From Chitinophagales bacterium (GTDB lineage: Bacteria > Bacteroidota > Bacteroidia > Chitinophagales > UBA8649), in the NCBI GenBank assembly GCA_020635995.1, contig JACJYS010000001.1, positions 155,543 to 219,542 on the forward strand: 64,000 nucleotides of DNA, written 5' to 3'. Of the stretch, positions 17,601 through 25,684 are shown in pieces. The position numbers and the translations under genes were made by a program. The stretch's first letter is position 1; the number at the start of each line of letters is the position of its first letter. The notes under the pieces are model-generated. The model saw only the letters and a list, made by a program, of their open reading frames with translations. It ran no database searches and was not told the origin of the DNA.

Positions 17601-19021
17601 TGGTAAGTTTAAAGAAAATTTCGGTTTCTTATACCGAAGACAGAAGTACAACCGTGCCGGGTTATATGCCGGATACTGATTTTGTAGGTTTAGATAGGCA
17701 AAGCAAGCGAGCTCCGGGGCCGGGGTTTGTGTTTGGTGGTCAGCCGGGTTTCCAGTGGTTCAAAAACTTTGATGCCTCTAAAAGAGATGCATGGTTAGAT
17801 GAAGCTGCTAATAATGGATGGATTTCGCAAGATTCATTGCAAAACCAGAAATTTATGCAAACCTATTCTCAAAACTTAGACATTAGAGCCACGATAGAAC
17901 CGTATAGAGATTTGCAAATAGATTTGACATTAAACAAAACAAATTCTATAAACCACTCTCAGTTTTTTAAAGTTTTTGATTCAAATACAGGATATGAGCA
18001 TTCGCTTCCACAAGATGTGGGTACGTATAAAATTTCTACCATTACTTGGAAAACCATGTTTACAAAATACGATACAACATGGCTAAACAGTACCTATAAG
18101 CAGTTTTTAGATAATAGAGCTATTATTTCTGAACGTATGCAGTACGAAAACGGAAATAGTAGTGGCACATTCTATAATCCAAGCGATTCTACTTCAAATG
18201 CTAATTATAAAGAAGGATATGGTCCTACTTCGCAAGATGTATTAATACCTGCATTTTTAGCTGCTTACCAAGGAAAAGACGCTAATAAAGTAAAATTAAA
18301 TCCATTTAAAAACTTTCCATTGCCAAACTGGCAAATAAGCTACAATGGTTTAACAAGGTTTAAATGGGCTCAAAAAATATTCTCTAATTTCAGCATTAGA
18401 CATGGCTATAGCTCAGTAATTCAAATAGCAAGTTTCCAAACCAACTACGATTATCAAGGCGATAATACTTATTTTACGCCTAATACGGTAGATTCATTAA
18501 ATGGAAACTACTATACATATTATAATATTCCTAACATAGTTATAAACGAGCAGTTAAATCCATTAATTGGTTTTGATATGACCTTTAAAAATGGTTTGCA
18601 AGCTCGTATTGATTATAAAAAATCAAGAACAGCTACGGTTAATTTTACCGATTTTCAGCTTATAGAAAATCAATCTGAAGCCATAACCGCAGGATTAGGC
18701 TATAGAGTAAAAGGGTTAAAAATGCCATTTAAGTTTAAGGGTAAAAAAGTAATATTGCACAACGATTTGAATATGCGATTTGACTTTACATATAGAGATA
18801 ATGTAATAGTAAACCACCGATTAGACCAAGGCATTTCAATACCAACAAGTGGAGCTAAAGTAATAACCGTTTCGCCATCTATAGATTATGTAATAAGCAA
18901 GCAGATGAACATAAGAATTTTCTTAGACAGAACAAGAACAATTCCTAAAACATCTAACTCTTTCCCTACCACCACTACACGAGCAGGAGTAACATTCAGA
19001 TTTAGCTTAGCTAATTTCTAA
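11606..19021 (+). CDS. sprA: Cell-surface protein SprA (T9SS outer-membrane translocon)
   Basis: 2471 aa with a signal peptide. Size, ruvA adjacency and a beta-barrel C-terminus ending ...RAGVTFRFSLANF are typical of Bacteroidota SprA/Sov. GTG start. Confidence 0.88.
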   Translation: MNIRALIILLVVFCIEGGRLLAQDSTNQNLPYPLEEREGNFLTDPNPNPFYLNDPEAIEREVNYDPATDSYVITEKVNGRNIRPPQYMSFDEYMDYTLKDENKQYWKSRTNTERSLRDKNIDLPFEPSYNPKKAGGIFRGLTIDIRPQGNVELTLGGNVQKYDNPSLPKRARTQGGFDFDMNINMNVTGKIGDALSMTIKYNNQTGFSFDNQFKLQYQGQEDDIIQLVEAGNVSFPLQTQLITGAQSLRGIKAQLRFGRLTMTNVVAEQQSQKKSIIVEDGAQLQNFEIKADQYESDKHFFLTQFFRNNYDNSLAQIPNILSQVNIEEIEVWVTNRTGQTNGVRDVVAFQDLGETDPYSPAVHPLAGNTLPDNKANDLYTTLVMNQNLRLSSNVASGLQSQYPTFESVRDYEKTYARLLSSSEYILNRELGYISLQTALQPNQVLGVAFKYTYNGQVYQVGELSRNVPPDSSSASEVLYLKMLRSSSIRPDLPMWDLMMKNIYALGAYQISQTDFRLDIFYLDPGGGLKRFIPKGNLSDQQLIRVMNLDRLNNQGDPQPDGLFDYIPGVTINPQNGRLIFPVVEPFGSHLEQKLIDAGNADLVDDYVFNVLYDSTLWVAQQSPELNRFSIKGKYQGSGGNRIQLGAFQLPENSVTVSLGGIRLTEGQDYTVDYNLGVVTIINEGLLNSGQQIKVDYENNALFGFQQRSLMASRLDYRISDKVFVGGTIMKMKERPFSQKVNLGSDPINNTIMGLDFRMQTDVPFLTRALDKLPIYSTKEMSNISLQGEVAHLRPGHNKFIEQDKEPMVYIDDFEGSSSSYDLKGSPQTWKLASTPKGATDKSGNILFPEADQFNDFAYGFNRAKLSWYNVDPSFFQKSQSPEAVYNNKQVLSNHYVRPIFQSELYPNRDLGNSIDQQVFTFDLNYEPEKRGPYNFEESNSGTVPYSRGVRPDGRLIAPETRWGGIMRGIDNNNFEVANIEYVEFWVMDPFIYNDNSKGGQLYINLGNVSEDILKDSRMLYENGISNDQSLMDSTTWGVVPRAQPLNNAFDNNPDLRPTQDVGFDGLNDDDERTEFQSFLNDVQVDPLPKSLLENDPASDNFTHYLDPQYDNMADIIGRYVNFNNPHGNSPVLEGNTLYAGSNNPDIEDLNRDNSLNETEQYFQYAIDMYPGMDVDNHPYIVSVSEFGPDDFFDEPQPGWKWYQFRIPIHEYTSKVGSIQDFRSIQYVRMFLTNWEDSVTLRFGTLDLVRNQWRTYLYELAEASENLPVDEDATFFNVTQVNVEENSGKEPVNYILPPNILREQGVANNANTLVAQNEQSLAASVCGLKDGDSRAVYKNVNLDFRNYKRVIMDIHANRFPGEIMPQDGALTAFIRFGIDFTSNYYQIETPLVFTPDGQYADNDADKATVWPDANKFDVSLSELTEIKKARNAAGWPKTVPYSATTSTGKIVTIKGIPDLGTLQIVMLGVKNPSQNDPNNPIQGEDNGNAQCGEVWFNEFRLSGLDERPGSAALASLSIKLADLGNVNFSTSMHSIGFGQVDMQVDERYQDRFYSYDFNTNLQLGKFLPAKANIQIPFYGGISQSFSTPEYDPYQLDLTSKEQIASIKTLNEDSALTYKRMIQTLVTRKGFNFTNVRKLPGEKQKRLFFFSPENLGFSYAYNVIEKSDPFVQSDYEQTHLGKIDYAHSLQPKYLYPFKKAIKSTNPFLSIIKDLNVNFFPSTMAFNTQMNRQYGELNLRTLEGDDFTLPTTFNKFFTWDRSYSFKYNPFKSLSIDYNANNAARIDEPFGKIDTKEEKQEIWNNIKRGGRTTMFNQNLNVNYKLPLNKLPFLDFTNTTVSYGSGFNWIAAPLRADADGNYIENPLGNVMSNNQQLRFNTDWNFDKLYSKVPYLKKFTGTNPTAGNKQATQQKRETAVKAREKLKQDKIALEEKLQAEKEAFKDLKAELKIDTVLTKKEKKVEKKTQKEKIKSLRKQIKKKKSDRAQKQAPARILENAIMQPLVSLKKISVSYTEDRSTTVPGYMPDTDFVGLDRQSKRAPGPGFVFGGQPGFQWFKNFDASKRDAWLDEAANNGWISQDSLQNQKFMQTYSQNLDIRATIEPYRDLQIDLTLNKTNSINHSQFFKVFDSNTGYEHSLPQDVGTYKISTITWKTMFTKYDTTWLNSTYKQFLDNRAIISERMQYENGNSSGTFYNPSDSTSNANYKEGYGPTSQDVLIPAFLAAYQGKDANKVKLNPFKNFPLPNWQISYNGLTRFKWAQKIFSNFSIRHGYSSVIQIASFQTNYDYQGDNTYFTPNTVDSLNGNYYTYYNIPNIVINEQLNPLIGFDMTFKNGLQARIDYKKSRTATVNFTDFQLIENQSEAITAGLGYRVKGLKMPFKFKGKKVILHNDLNMRFDFTYRDNVIVNHRLDQGISIPTSGAKVITVSPSIDYVISKQMNIRIFLDRTRTIPKTSNSFPTTTTRAGVTFRFSLANF

Positions 19022-19084
19022 AAACTTAGCGAGAATTGTTCACGGGCATTATCCGTTACTAAACTTTGTTTTAAATTTTAACTT

Positions 19085-19720
19085 ATGCGATTTTTACCAG
19101 AAGAAATAGAAAATTATGCAGCATTACATTCTTTAAAAGAGGATGAAGTATTGCAACAACTTAACAGAGAAACTCATTTAAACATTCTTATGCCTCAAAT
19201 GATTAGTGGGCATATTCAAGGAAATTTTTTAAGAATGATGAGCTTTATGATTAAGCCCAAAAACATTTTAGAGATAGGCACTTTTACCGGCTATTCTGCT
19301 ATTTGTTTAGCTCAAGGATTGCAAGAAAATGGCAAACTTTATACTATAGATATTAATGAAGAACTTGAAGATATGTGTAGAACATATTTTGATAAAGCAG
19401 GACTAAAAAATAAGATAGATTATAGAATAGGAAATGCCTTAGATATTATTCCCGACATAAACGAAACTTTTGATTTAGTTTTTATTGATGCCGATAAAAT
19501 AAATTATAGCAACTATTACGATTTGGTTTTTAGCAAAGTAAATAAAGGTGGTTTTATTTTGGCAGATAATGTTTTGTGGAGCGGAAAAGTAACGCAAGAA
19601 AAAAAGAATAAAGACACGCAAGCACTACATGATTATAATACAAAAATAACCAATGACGAAAGAGTAGAAAATTATTTAGTTCCTATAAGAGATGGAATAA
19701 TGGTGGCTCGCAAAAAATAA
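19085..19720 (+). CDS. Class I SAM-dependent O-methyltransferase (family 3, caffeoyl-CoA OMT-like)
   Basis: ILEIGTFTGYSA SAM-binding motif, FDLVFIDADK and ADNVLW motifs, about 210 aa. Confidence 0.85.
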   Translation: MRFLPEEIENYAALHSLKEDEVLQQLNRETHLNILMPQMISGHIQGNFLRMMSFMIKPKNILEIGTFTGYSAICLAQGLQENGKLYTIDINEELEDMCRTYFDKAGLKNKIDYRIGNALDIIPDINETFDLVFIDADKINYSNYYDLVFSKVNKGGFILADNVLWSGKVTQEKKNKDTQALHDYNTKITNDERVENYLVPIRDGIMVARKK

Positions 19721-19779
19721 AACTCAACAACACAATATCCCGATTCAGTTATTTAATATTACGATACGCAAACTAATAG

Positions 19780-19811
19780 TTGAACAGAGCAAAACACCGC
19801 CCGTATCTTTG
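19780..19811 (+). promoter_or_regulatory. Candidate Bacteroidota sigma-A promoter (-33 TTG, -7 TAnnTTTG)
   Basis: TTG at 19780-19782 and TATCTTTG at 19804-19811, spaced 21 nt apart. The -7 box ends 43 nt upstream of the ATG at 19854. Confidence 0.3.
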
Positions 19812-19853
19812 TGGTATAATTATTAAAAACAAAAAATTTATAAAACCTATATC

Positions 19854-20255
19854 ATGGAAGAAACATTAAAAAAAATAGTTTATGCTGGTGTTGGCTTAGC
19901 CGCACAAGCTACAGAAAAATTTGAAAGTACTGTTGACGAGTTAATCGCAAAAGGAAAATTATCTGACAAAGAAGGAAAGAAAATTGTTGATGATTTTTTC
20001 AAAAAAACAGAAAAGAAAAAAGACGAGTTTGAAGGCAAAATTAAATCATCTACAGACGAGATTTTTTCTAAATTCAAATTTGCTCAAGAAAACGAATTAA
20101 AAGACTTAAGAGCTAAAGTTGCTAAATTAGAAAAAGAAGTAAGCAAATTAACTGCTCCTGCTAAAAAACCAGTAGCTAAAAAAGCTCCTGCAAAAAAAGC
20201 AGCTCCTAAAGCTACAGCAACTAAAACTGCTACGCCTACAACTGTAAAAGCATAA
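19854..20255 (+). CDS. Small helical protein with a phasin-like N-terminus and a Lys/Ala/Pro-rich histone-H1-like tail
   Basis: N-terminus LKKIVYAGVGLAAQATEKFESTVDELIAKGK; C-terminal tail APAKKPVAKKAPAKKAAPKATATKTATPTTVKA. A promoter-like box lies upstream and a strong terminator lies downstream. Confidence 0.55.
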   Translation: MEETLKKIVYAGVGLAAQATEKFESTVDELIAKGKLSDKEGKKIVDDFFKKTEKKKDEFEGKIKSSTDEIFSKFKFAQENELKDLRAKVAKLEKEVSKLTAPAKKPVAKKAPAKKAAPKATATKTATPTTVKA

Positions 20256-20281
20256 TTTAAAATTTAGTTTGAACAATAGAG

Positions 20282-20314
20282 AAGCCGAACACAACATTTG
20301 TGTTCGGCTTTTTT
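20282..20314 (+). terminator. Rho-independent terminator
   Basis: AAGCCGAACACA (20282-20293) pairs with TGTGTTCGGCTT (20299-20310), followed by TTTT. Confidence 0.75.
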
Positions 20315-20509
20315 ATGCTCACTTCTTAACCTGACAGTTTCTATGTTTGCGTGTTTACGTTTTATGGGAGGTTTTTTCTATCTCGTGCGTCATGCCTTTG
20401 CAGAAAGGCATCTCATTTGTAAAAAAACTACTACCTTTAATAAGTGCAAAACAATAAAATAGCTTATCCCATATTACGCAGAAAAAACAGTATTAAAATC
20501 ACTTATTTA

Positions 20510-22147
20510 ATGTTGTTTCTTTACTTAATACTCCTTAGTTCTTGCACCTATTATTTAGGACCAAATAAGTGGGAAAAAACCTTCCCCAAAGAAGCAAATA
20601 TTTTTCCTACACAAAATTATAATACACTAAAAAACGCTATTAATCCCGTTGATTTTTTAGGTAGCGAACTCGCAGATTTTTCTAATAAAAATTACATAAT
20701 TTACAGCGATAAATTTAAAGACACCATATTAGATGTTCGGGTGGTTTTTGCTAACTTATTATTGGGCAAAAATATAGAACGCATAAATGCCGATATTCAA
20801 AAATTTAAAGCGTGGGGAACTACGGGAACTTCAAGTATTTTAAACAAAAAAGGCGACTATGATTTCTCTGAAATTCAATGGATAAACATAGTTTATTATT
20901 TTAAAGATAAGCCAGAAATTTTACATCCTGCTACAGCCCGGCACATTATAAACCACTTAATTATAGATAATGGATTTAAACCAAAAATTAAAGCCCCTAA
21001 AACGCTTGGAATTATACGGGAAACAGAGAATCATATTTTAATGAAAGAAACCAGCAGGTATTTAAAAAACCAATGGATTTTTACCTTACAAAATCACGAT
21101 GAAAAATATGATAATAGCAAAAATGGAATGGACGATTTTTTAATTCATCATCTGCAAGAAATGCTAAAAACAGGCTTCTTTGAATTTAACGCCAATCCGT
21201 ACATAAGTTACACTATAGAAGCACTACTTATACTCAGAGAACATACCGATAATACTGAAATAAAAAACCTGTGTACAAAAATATTAGATGCCGAAAATTG
21301 GCAGTATGTTTTGGGTAGTTTTAATATGAAAAAATACAGTCCATTCAGAAGAAGAATGAGCAGAGTAAGTATAACAAATTTAACAGGAGATAGACATGGA
21401 GCATTAATGAAAATAGAATGGGCAAAGTACCATAAAATACCACTTAGTGAAGCACAGCTTTCTTGCTGTTTTGATAAAGCTTTGGTGTTGGCTACCAGCA
21501 GTTATATTTTGCCAGCTCAAACAGAAAGTTTTTTGTTTAATAAACCCAATGCATATTATGCAAAAATAGGTCATGGTTTAAAATCTTCGCCTGAAATATA
21601 TTACGGCACACCTAATTTTTTATTGAGTGCTGGCGGTTTGCGTTTCGGAAAAAAATCGCAGATAGTGCCACGCCCTACTACTTTATTTTTAAATGATAAT
21701 GTAAAGGAAATAAATGATTGTTTTTACATAGCAGGAAAAGGTGTATTAAACCAATGGAACAATACGGGAGTCTATCAAAATTTTGCAGTTGGAAATCAGC
21801 CGGTAAATATTCCTACGAAATACACAATTTATGAAAAAATAGGTAATTGGAATGTTTATAAAACCAAAGAAGAAAATCCCGTTTTTGTATGCGTGTATAA
21901 CAGTAAAAATTTTGGAGTAATTTATGTTTCGCAAAATGAAAACTATAAAACTATACTAAAACAAAATAGCATACTAAACAAAAAGAAAGATGAATTTTTG
22001 TTAGAAAACAACCAGCGTGTTTCTTACAATTTATCAAATAAAAAGAAGTGGATTATTACTCAAATAAATGATACAAAAACGGATAAATATTTTAAAAACT
22101 GGAAACGATTTGATGTGAAGTTTTATAAAACAAATTCTACCTATTAA
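20510..22147 (+). CDS. Hypothetical lipoprotein
   Basis: I chose the internal ATG at 20510, which gives MLFLYLILLSSC (lipobox LSSC). I recognise no domain. Confidence 0.55.
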   Translation: MLFLYLILLSSCTYYLGPNKWEKTFPKEANIFPTQNYNTLKNAINPVDFLGSELADFSNKNYIIYSDKFKDTILDVRVVFANLLLGKNIERINADIQKFKAWGTTGTSSILNKKGDYDFSEIQWINIVYYFKDKPEILHPATARHIINHLIIDNGFKPKIKAPKTLGIIRETENHILMKETSRYLKNQWIFTLQNHDEKYDNSKNGMDDFLIHHLQEMLKTGFFEFNANPYISYTIEALLILREHTDNTEIKNLCTKILDAENWQYVLGSFNMKKYSPFRRRMSRVSITNLTGDRHGALMKIEWAKYHKIPLSEAQLSCCFDKALVLATSSYILPAQTESFLFNKPNAYYAKIGHGLKSSPEIYYGTPNFLLSAGGLRFGKKSQIVPRPTTLFLNDNVKEINDCFYIAGKGVLNQWNNTGVYQNFAVGNQPVNIPTKYTIYEKIGNWNVYKTKEENPVFVCVYNSKNFGVIYVSQNENYKTILKQNSILNKKKDEFLLENNQRVSYNLSNKKKWIITQINDTKTDKYFKNWKRFDVKFYKTNSTY

Positions 22148-24089
22148 TAGCCAGTTTATTGGTGTAGGTAGTCGCATTTTTGTCCTTAGCTTTTATTAAA
22201 TAAACGCCATTATTTAATTCCCCAATATTTATAGTGTTATCAATATTGCTGTATGAACTTATTAGTTTGCCTTGCAATGAAAATATTTCTACAGTTTCTA
22301 TATCCTTGTGGTTGCTAAAATAAATATTATTGTTTTTAGTAGGGTTGGGATAAAAATCAAAAACTTTAGCTTCTTCTGGAGTTCTTATGCCTACAGTTTT
22401 ATCATAAACCACCACAAAAGTATCTAAGCCACAGGCATCTATTTCGTTTTCGTAAAAGTCTATTATTTTCACGTTTGTTATTCTCAACAACATAGAATCG
22501 GAAAGATTAGTTATAGGAATTACTTCATCTTCCATTGTCCAAATTCCATCTATTAAAATTCCTCCTCCGCTTCGGTTTATTTTGTCTATACCTACTACGC
22601 CCACATCCATTTTATTGGCTGCAAAATCATTTTTATATTTCAACAAATAATTGTTGTTTTCTATGCCAAACCAATCGTCTGTTGCTTGGGCGTGCATTGA
22701 GCTACTTTGTACAAAATTTGTATCAAATTCTAAGGTGAATTTTATGCCATAAACTTGCTGAGCTAAATTGTTACTTAAATCTAGTCCTATTTTTATTGTA
22801 GCACTATCATTTTCTTTATAAAGCTGAGGAAACACCACATAAAGTGGAAAATCGCAAGTGCTTTGCGTGCTTTTTTCGCTATTGTGCGTATAATGGTAGT
22901 TTGCTAAAACACCGTCTTCTATATCTATATCGTTTATGCTTCCATCGCCATTACAGTCGGCATGCTTTATATCTACTCCATTAGCTAAAGTATCATTAGT
23001 ACTAAAAGCAAATTGTCCTATCCAATCGGTAGAAATTACAGAACGGAAATCAACAATATCGTTATAATGAATACCTATAGCAAAAATATCTTCCATTCCC
23101 ACCGTTTTGTCGTGGTTGGCATCTCCGGGGTAAACCAAATCGTCAGCTGGTTTTTGTAACATTAAATGGCTGTATCTATATGGCGTATTAAAGTTGTAAA
23201 TAGGCTGGGCATTACTTAAACTAAAAGAACTTATATAATATGAGGTTTGGCTACTTATTGTTTCGCTTCTGGCTAAAATTAAGCTATTGTTTGCCGTGTC
23301 AATAGTTAAAGCATTTTTGTCGTAAGAAAAAGTTTCATTAATACAGTTAGAACACGAAGGCAATAGACCTATTTCTATTATTGTGCCTGTAGAGTCTAAA
23401 CTTATTAATTTGTATTCTTCATTTGTATTTTTAGCCACACCGTATAAACCATACCCCGAAAATCCTACCAAATACATACTTGTATAAGAGTATTGAAATT
23501 GATTAACTAAAAGCAAAGAGCTTGCATTAAAAATGTAAACATCTACATTTGTGCCATTAGCACTACATAAGTACAAGTTGTTTTCAAAATAATTTAAGTT
23601 ATCATCTATACTTAAATTATTTATTGAAAAAGTGGTTGAATTTACAATTGCATGGCTCAGTTTTTCAATAGAATTAATAGTACTAAATTCATGATTGTAG
23701 GTGTAAAACAAGGTATCGTTAAGTAAATTTGTGGCAAATAGTTCATTATAACCTTGCCCTTGTAATGTTGTAGTGTTTTGCAGTCCGGTGTATGTTTGCG
23801 TATATTCTATAGGCGATAAATATTGATACATAAATGAAGCGGTAGAAGATACGGTATCTATAAAACTAATATCATTGCTTGAAGTACTGTATAAAAATTC
23901 ATTACCCAATTCAAAATTAAAAGGCAGGGTTTCTATTTCCACACTTCCACCATTATTTTGGTTAAGTGCTTCAAAAACTTTTATACCACTACCTCTATCG
24001 CTTACTCCAAATAAATCGTGAATAAAATTTCCATTTTGAGCATGTATTAAGCCCACTAAACAACATAAAATTACTATTAGCTTTCTCAT
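22137..24089 (-). CDS. Secreted protein with dockerin-like Ca-binding repeats and a T9SS type-A C-terminal sorting domain
   Basis: Signal peptide MRKLIVILCCLVGLIHAQ from the ATG at 24089. DANHDKTVGMEDIF and DCNGDGSINDIDIEDG are dockerin-type loops. The C-terminus FYPNPTKNNNIYF...NGVYLIKAKD...KLAINR fits the type-A CTD. Confidence 0.75.
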   Translation of the reverse strand: MRKLIVILCCLVGLIHAQNGNFIHDLFGVSDRGSGIKVFEALNQNNGGSVEIETLPFNFELGNEFLYSTSSNDISFIDTVSSTASFMYQYLSPIEYTQTYTGLQNTTTLQGQGYNELFATNLLNDTLFYTYNHEFSTINSIEKLSHAIVNSTTFSINNLSIDDNLNYFENNLYLCSANGTNVDVYIFNASSLLLVNQFQYSYTSMYLVGFSGYGLYGVAKNTNEEYKLISLDSTGTIIEIGLLPSCSNCINETFSYDKNALTIDTANNSLILARSETISSQTSYYISSFSLSNAQPIYNFNTPYRYSHLMLQKPADDLVYPGDANHDKTVGMEDIFAIGIHYNDIVDFRSVISTDWIGQFAFSTNDTLANGVDIKHADCNGDGSINDIDIEDGVLANYHYTHNSEKSTQSTCDFPLYVVFPQLYKENDSATIKIGLDLSNNLAQQVYGIKFTLEFDTNFVQSSSMHAQATDDWFGIENNNYLLKYKNDFAANKMDVGVVGIDKINRSGGGILIDGIWTMEDEVIPITNLSDSMLLRITNVKIIDFYENEIDACGLDTFVVVYDKTVGIRTPEEAKVFDFYPNPTKNNNIYFSNHKDIETVEIFSLQGKLISSYSNIDNTINIGELNNGVYLIKAKDKNATTYTNKLAINR

Positions 24090-24235
24090 AAGTGTATTTT
24101 GCAATGTAAACATATTTAAAATAAATGAAACAAAATACGTCAAAATATGATATTTGTGAGTAAATTTAAGGTGTAATTAAAATTTAAAAATATTGATTAT
24201 CAATTAGTTATAATTTTTAACAACCCTATTTGTAT

Positions 24236-25684
24236 ATGTACAACAGTAAATTAATACGTATTTTTTCAAGTTTTAATGAAGAAGAACTTACCGGATTTGA
24301 AACTTTTTTGCTCTCGCAAATAAAGGAAGACAATAATACTTATAAACTTTATACGGTTTTAAAAAAAGCATATCCCAACTACGAAGATGCCAGTTTAGAA
24401 AAAAATAGGGTGTACAATTCTATCTTTAAAAACAAGAATTATAAAGACATAAAAGTAAGGGAATTGATGTCGGCATTAACTAAACTTGCCGAGCAATATT
24501 TGAGCATAATTGAAAGTACTAAAAATGAATTTTATACTGCCTTAGCATTGCTTAATCAATACCGAAAAAGGCAATTAACAGCCCTGTACAAACAGCAGGT
24601 AAAGCAAGTAAGTAAACTAATAGAGCAAGACAAGTTTTTAAACGCTGAATTTTTTAAAAGAAAACTTTTATTTGCCGATATAGAAAATGATTTTTTTGAG
24701 CAGCAACAAGTGCGTACTCATGATGAAGCATTAGGTGTAAAAAATGAAAATTTAGATAAATATTATTTCAGCACTAAGCTTCAAACTTTGTGCGAATTAT
24801 TAAACAGAGAAAATATTTTAAACGATAAGTTTAATAAAATATTGGAAAATGAAATAGTAGCAATGGTTGAAAAACACAAGAAAAGTTTTTTAGACGTTCC
24901 TTCTGTTCAGTGTTATTATGAAATTTATCTTTTGCTAAAATCTAAAAATGACGAACAGCAATATCAAAAGGCATTTAACACTATAAATAAATATCAAAAA
25001 TCTTTTGAAGATGCAGAGCTAAAATCAATGTATGCTTATTTAATAAACTATTGTATTCAGCATATTAATAAAGGCATAAATGAGTTTACGCCAAAACTTT
25101 TTGAGTTGCAAAAAACATTATTGCAAAACAAAATTTTGTTAGAAAACGGATGGCTTTCTCACATTAGTTATAGAAATATAGTATCTATAGCTATTAAGCT
25201 AAATGAATATGCGTGGGCTGAAAAATTTATAGAAGATTACAAAGAAAAAATACAAGAAAAACACAGAGAAAATGCTTATAATTTAAGTGCTTCCAATTTG
25301 CTATATGCTAAGCATAATTATGCAGAAACGGTTGGTTTGCTTAATCAAGTAGAATTTACCGATGTGTATTATGCTTGTACCGCTAAATTTACCTTATTAA
25401 AAGCCTATTATGCCCTACAAGAATGGGAAACCTTAGACTATTTTGTATCGGCATTTCAGTTGTATTTAAAAAGAAATAAAGAAATTTCTACCACTTTTAA
25501 AAAAAGTAGTGAGAACTTTATAAAATATTTTAAGAAACTACTGCTTATTATTAAACAAATAGACTACAAGGAAAACAGCTATTTAAACAAAAAAATAAAA
25601 GATTTAAAAATAGCTATAGAAGAAGAAAAGATATTGGCTAATAAAGCTTGGTTGCTAACAGAAATAAACAAAATAAACCTATAA
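24236..25684 (+). CDS. Hypothetical all-alpha (TPR-like) protein
   Basis: Long ORF with helical-repeat composition. Its stop TAA (25682-25684) directly abuts the ATG of the next gene. Confidence 0.55.
   Translation: MYNSKLIRIFSSFNEEELTGFETFLLSQIKEDNNTYKLYTVLKKAYPNYEDASLEKNRVYNSIFKNKNYKDIKVRELMSALTKLAEQYLSIIESTKNEFYTALALLNQYRKRQLTALYKQQVKQVSKLIEQDKFLNAEFFKRKLLFADIENDFFEQQQVRTHDEALGVKNENLDKYYFSTKLQTLCELLNRENILNDKFNKILENEIVAMVEKHKKSFLDVPSVQCYYEIYLLLKSKNDEQQYQKAFNTINKYQKSFEDAELKSMYAYLINYCIQHINKGINEFTPKLFELQKTLLQNKILLENGWLSHISYRNIVSIAIKLNEYAWAEKFIEDYKEKIQEKHRENAYNLSASNLLYAKHNYAETVGLLNQVEFTDVYYACTAKFTLLKAYYALQEWETLDYFVSAFQLYLKRNKEISTTFKKSSENFIKYFKKLLLIIKQIDYKENSYLNKKIKDLKIAIEEEKILANKAWLLTEINKINL

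Noticed and set aside
22137-22147. An 11-nt overlap of the convergent gene ends (lipoprotein versus T9SS type-A cargo)
   Set aside because: It is a simple 3'-3' overlap of stop regions. There is no evidence of a frameshift or a regulatory role.
24192-24204. The 13-bp palindrome ATTGAT-T-ATCAAT upstream of the 482-aa ORF, and TTGCAT-N11-ATGCAA at 57299-57321 over the padR start
   Set aside because: Short AT-rich palindromes are expected by chance in this composition. The spacing does not fit FNR (N4) or the usual PadR operators.
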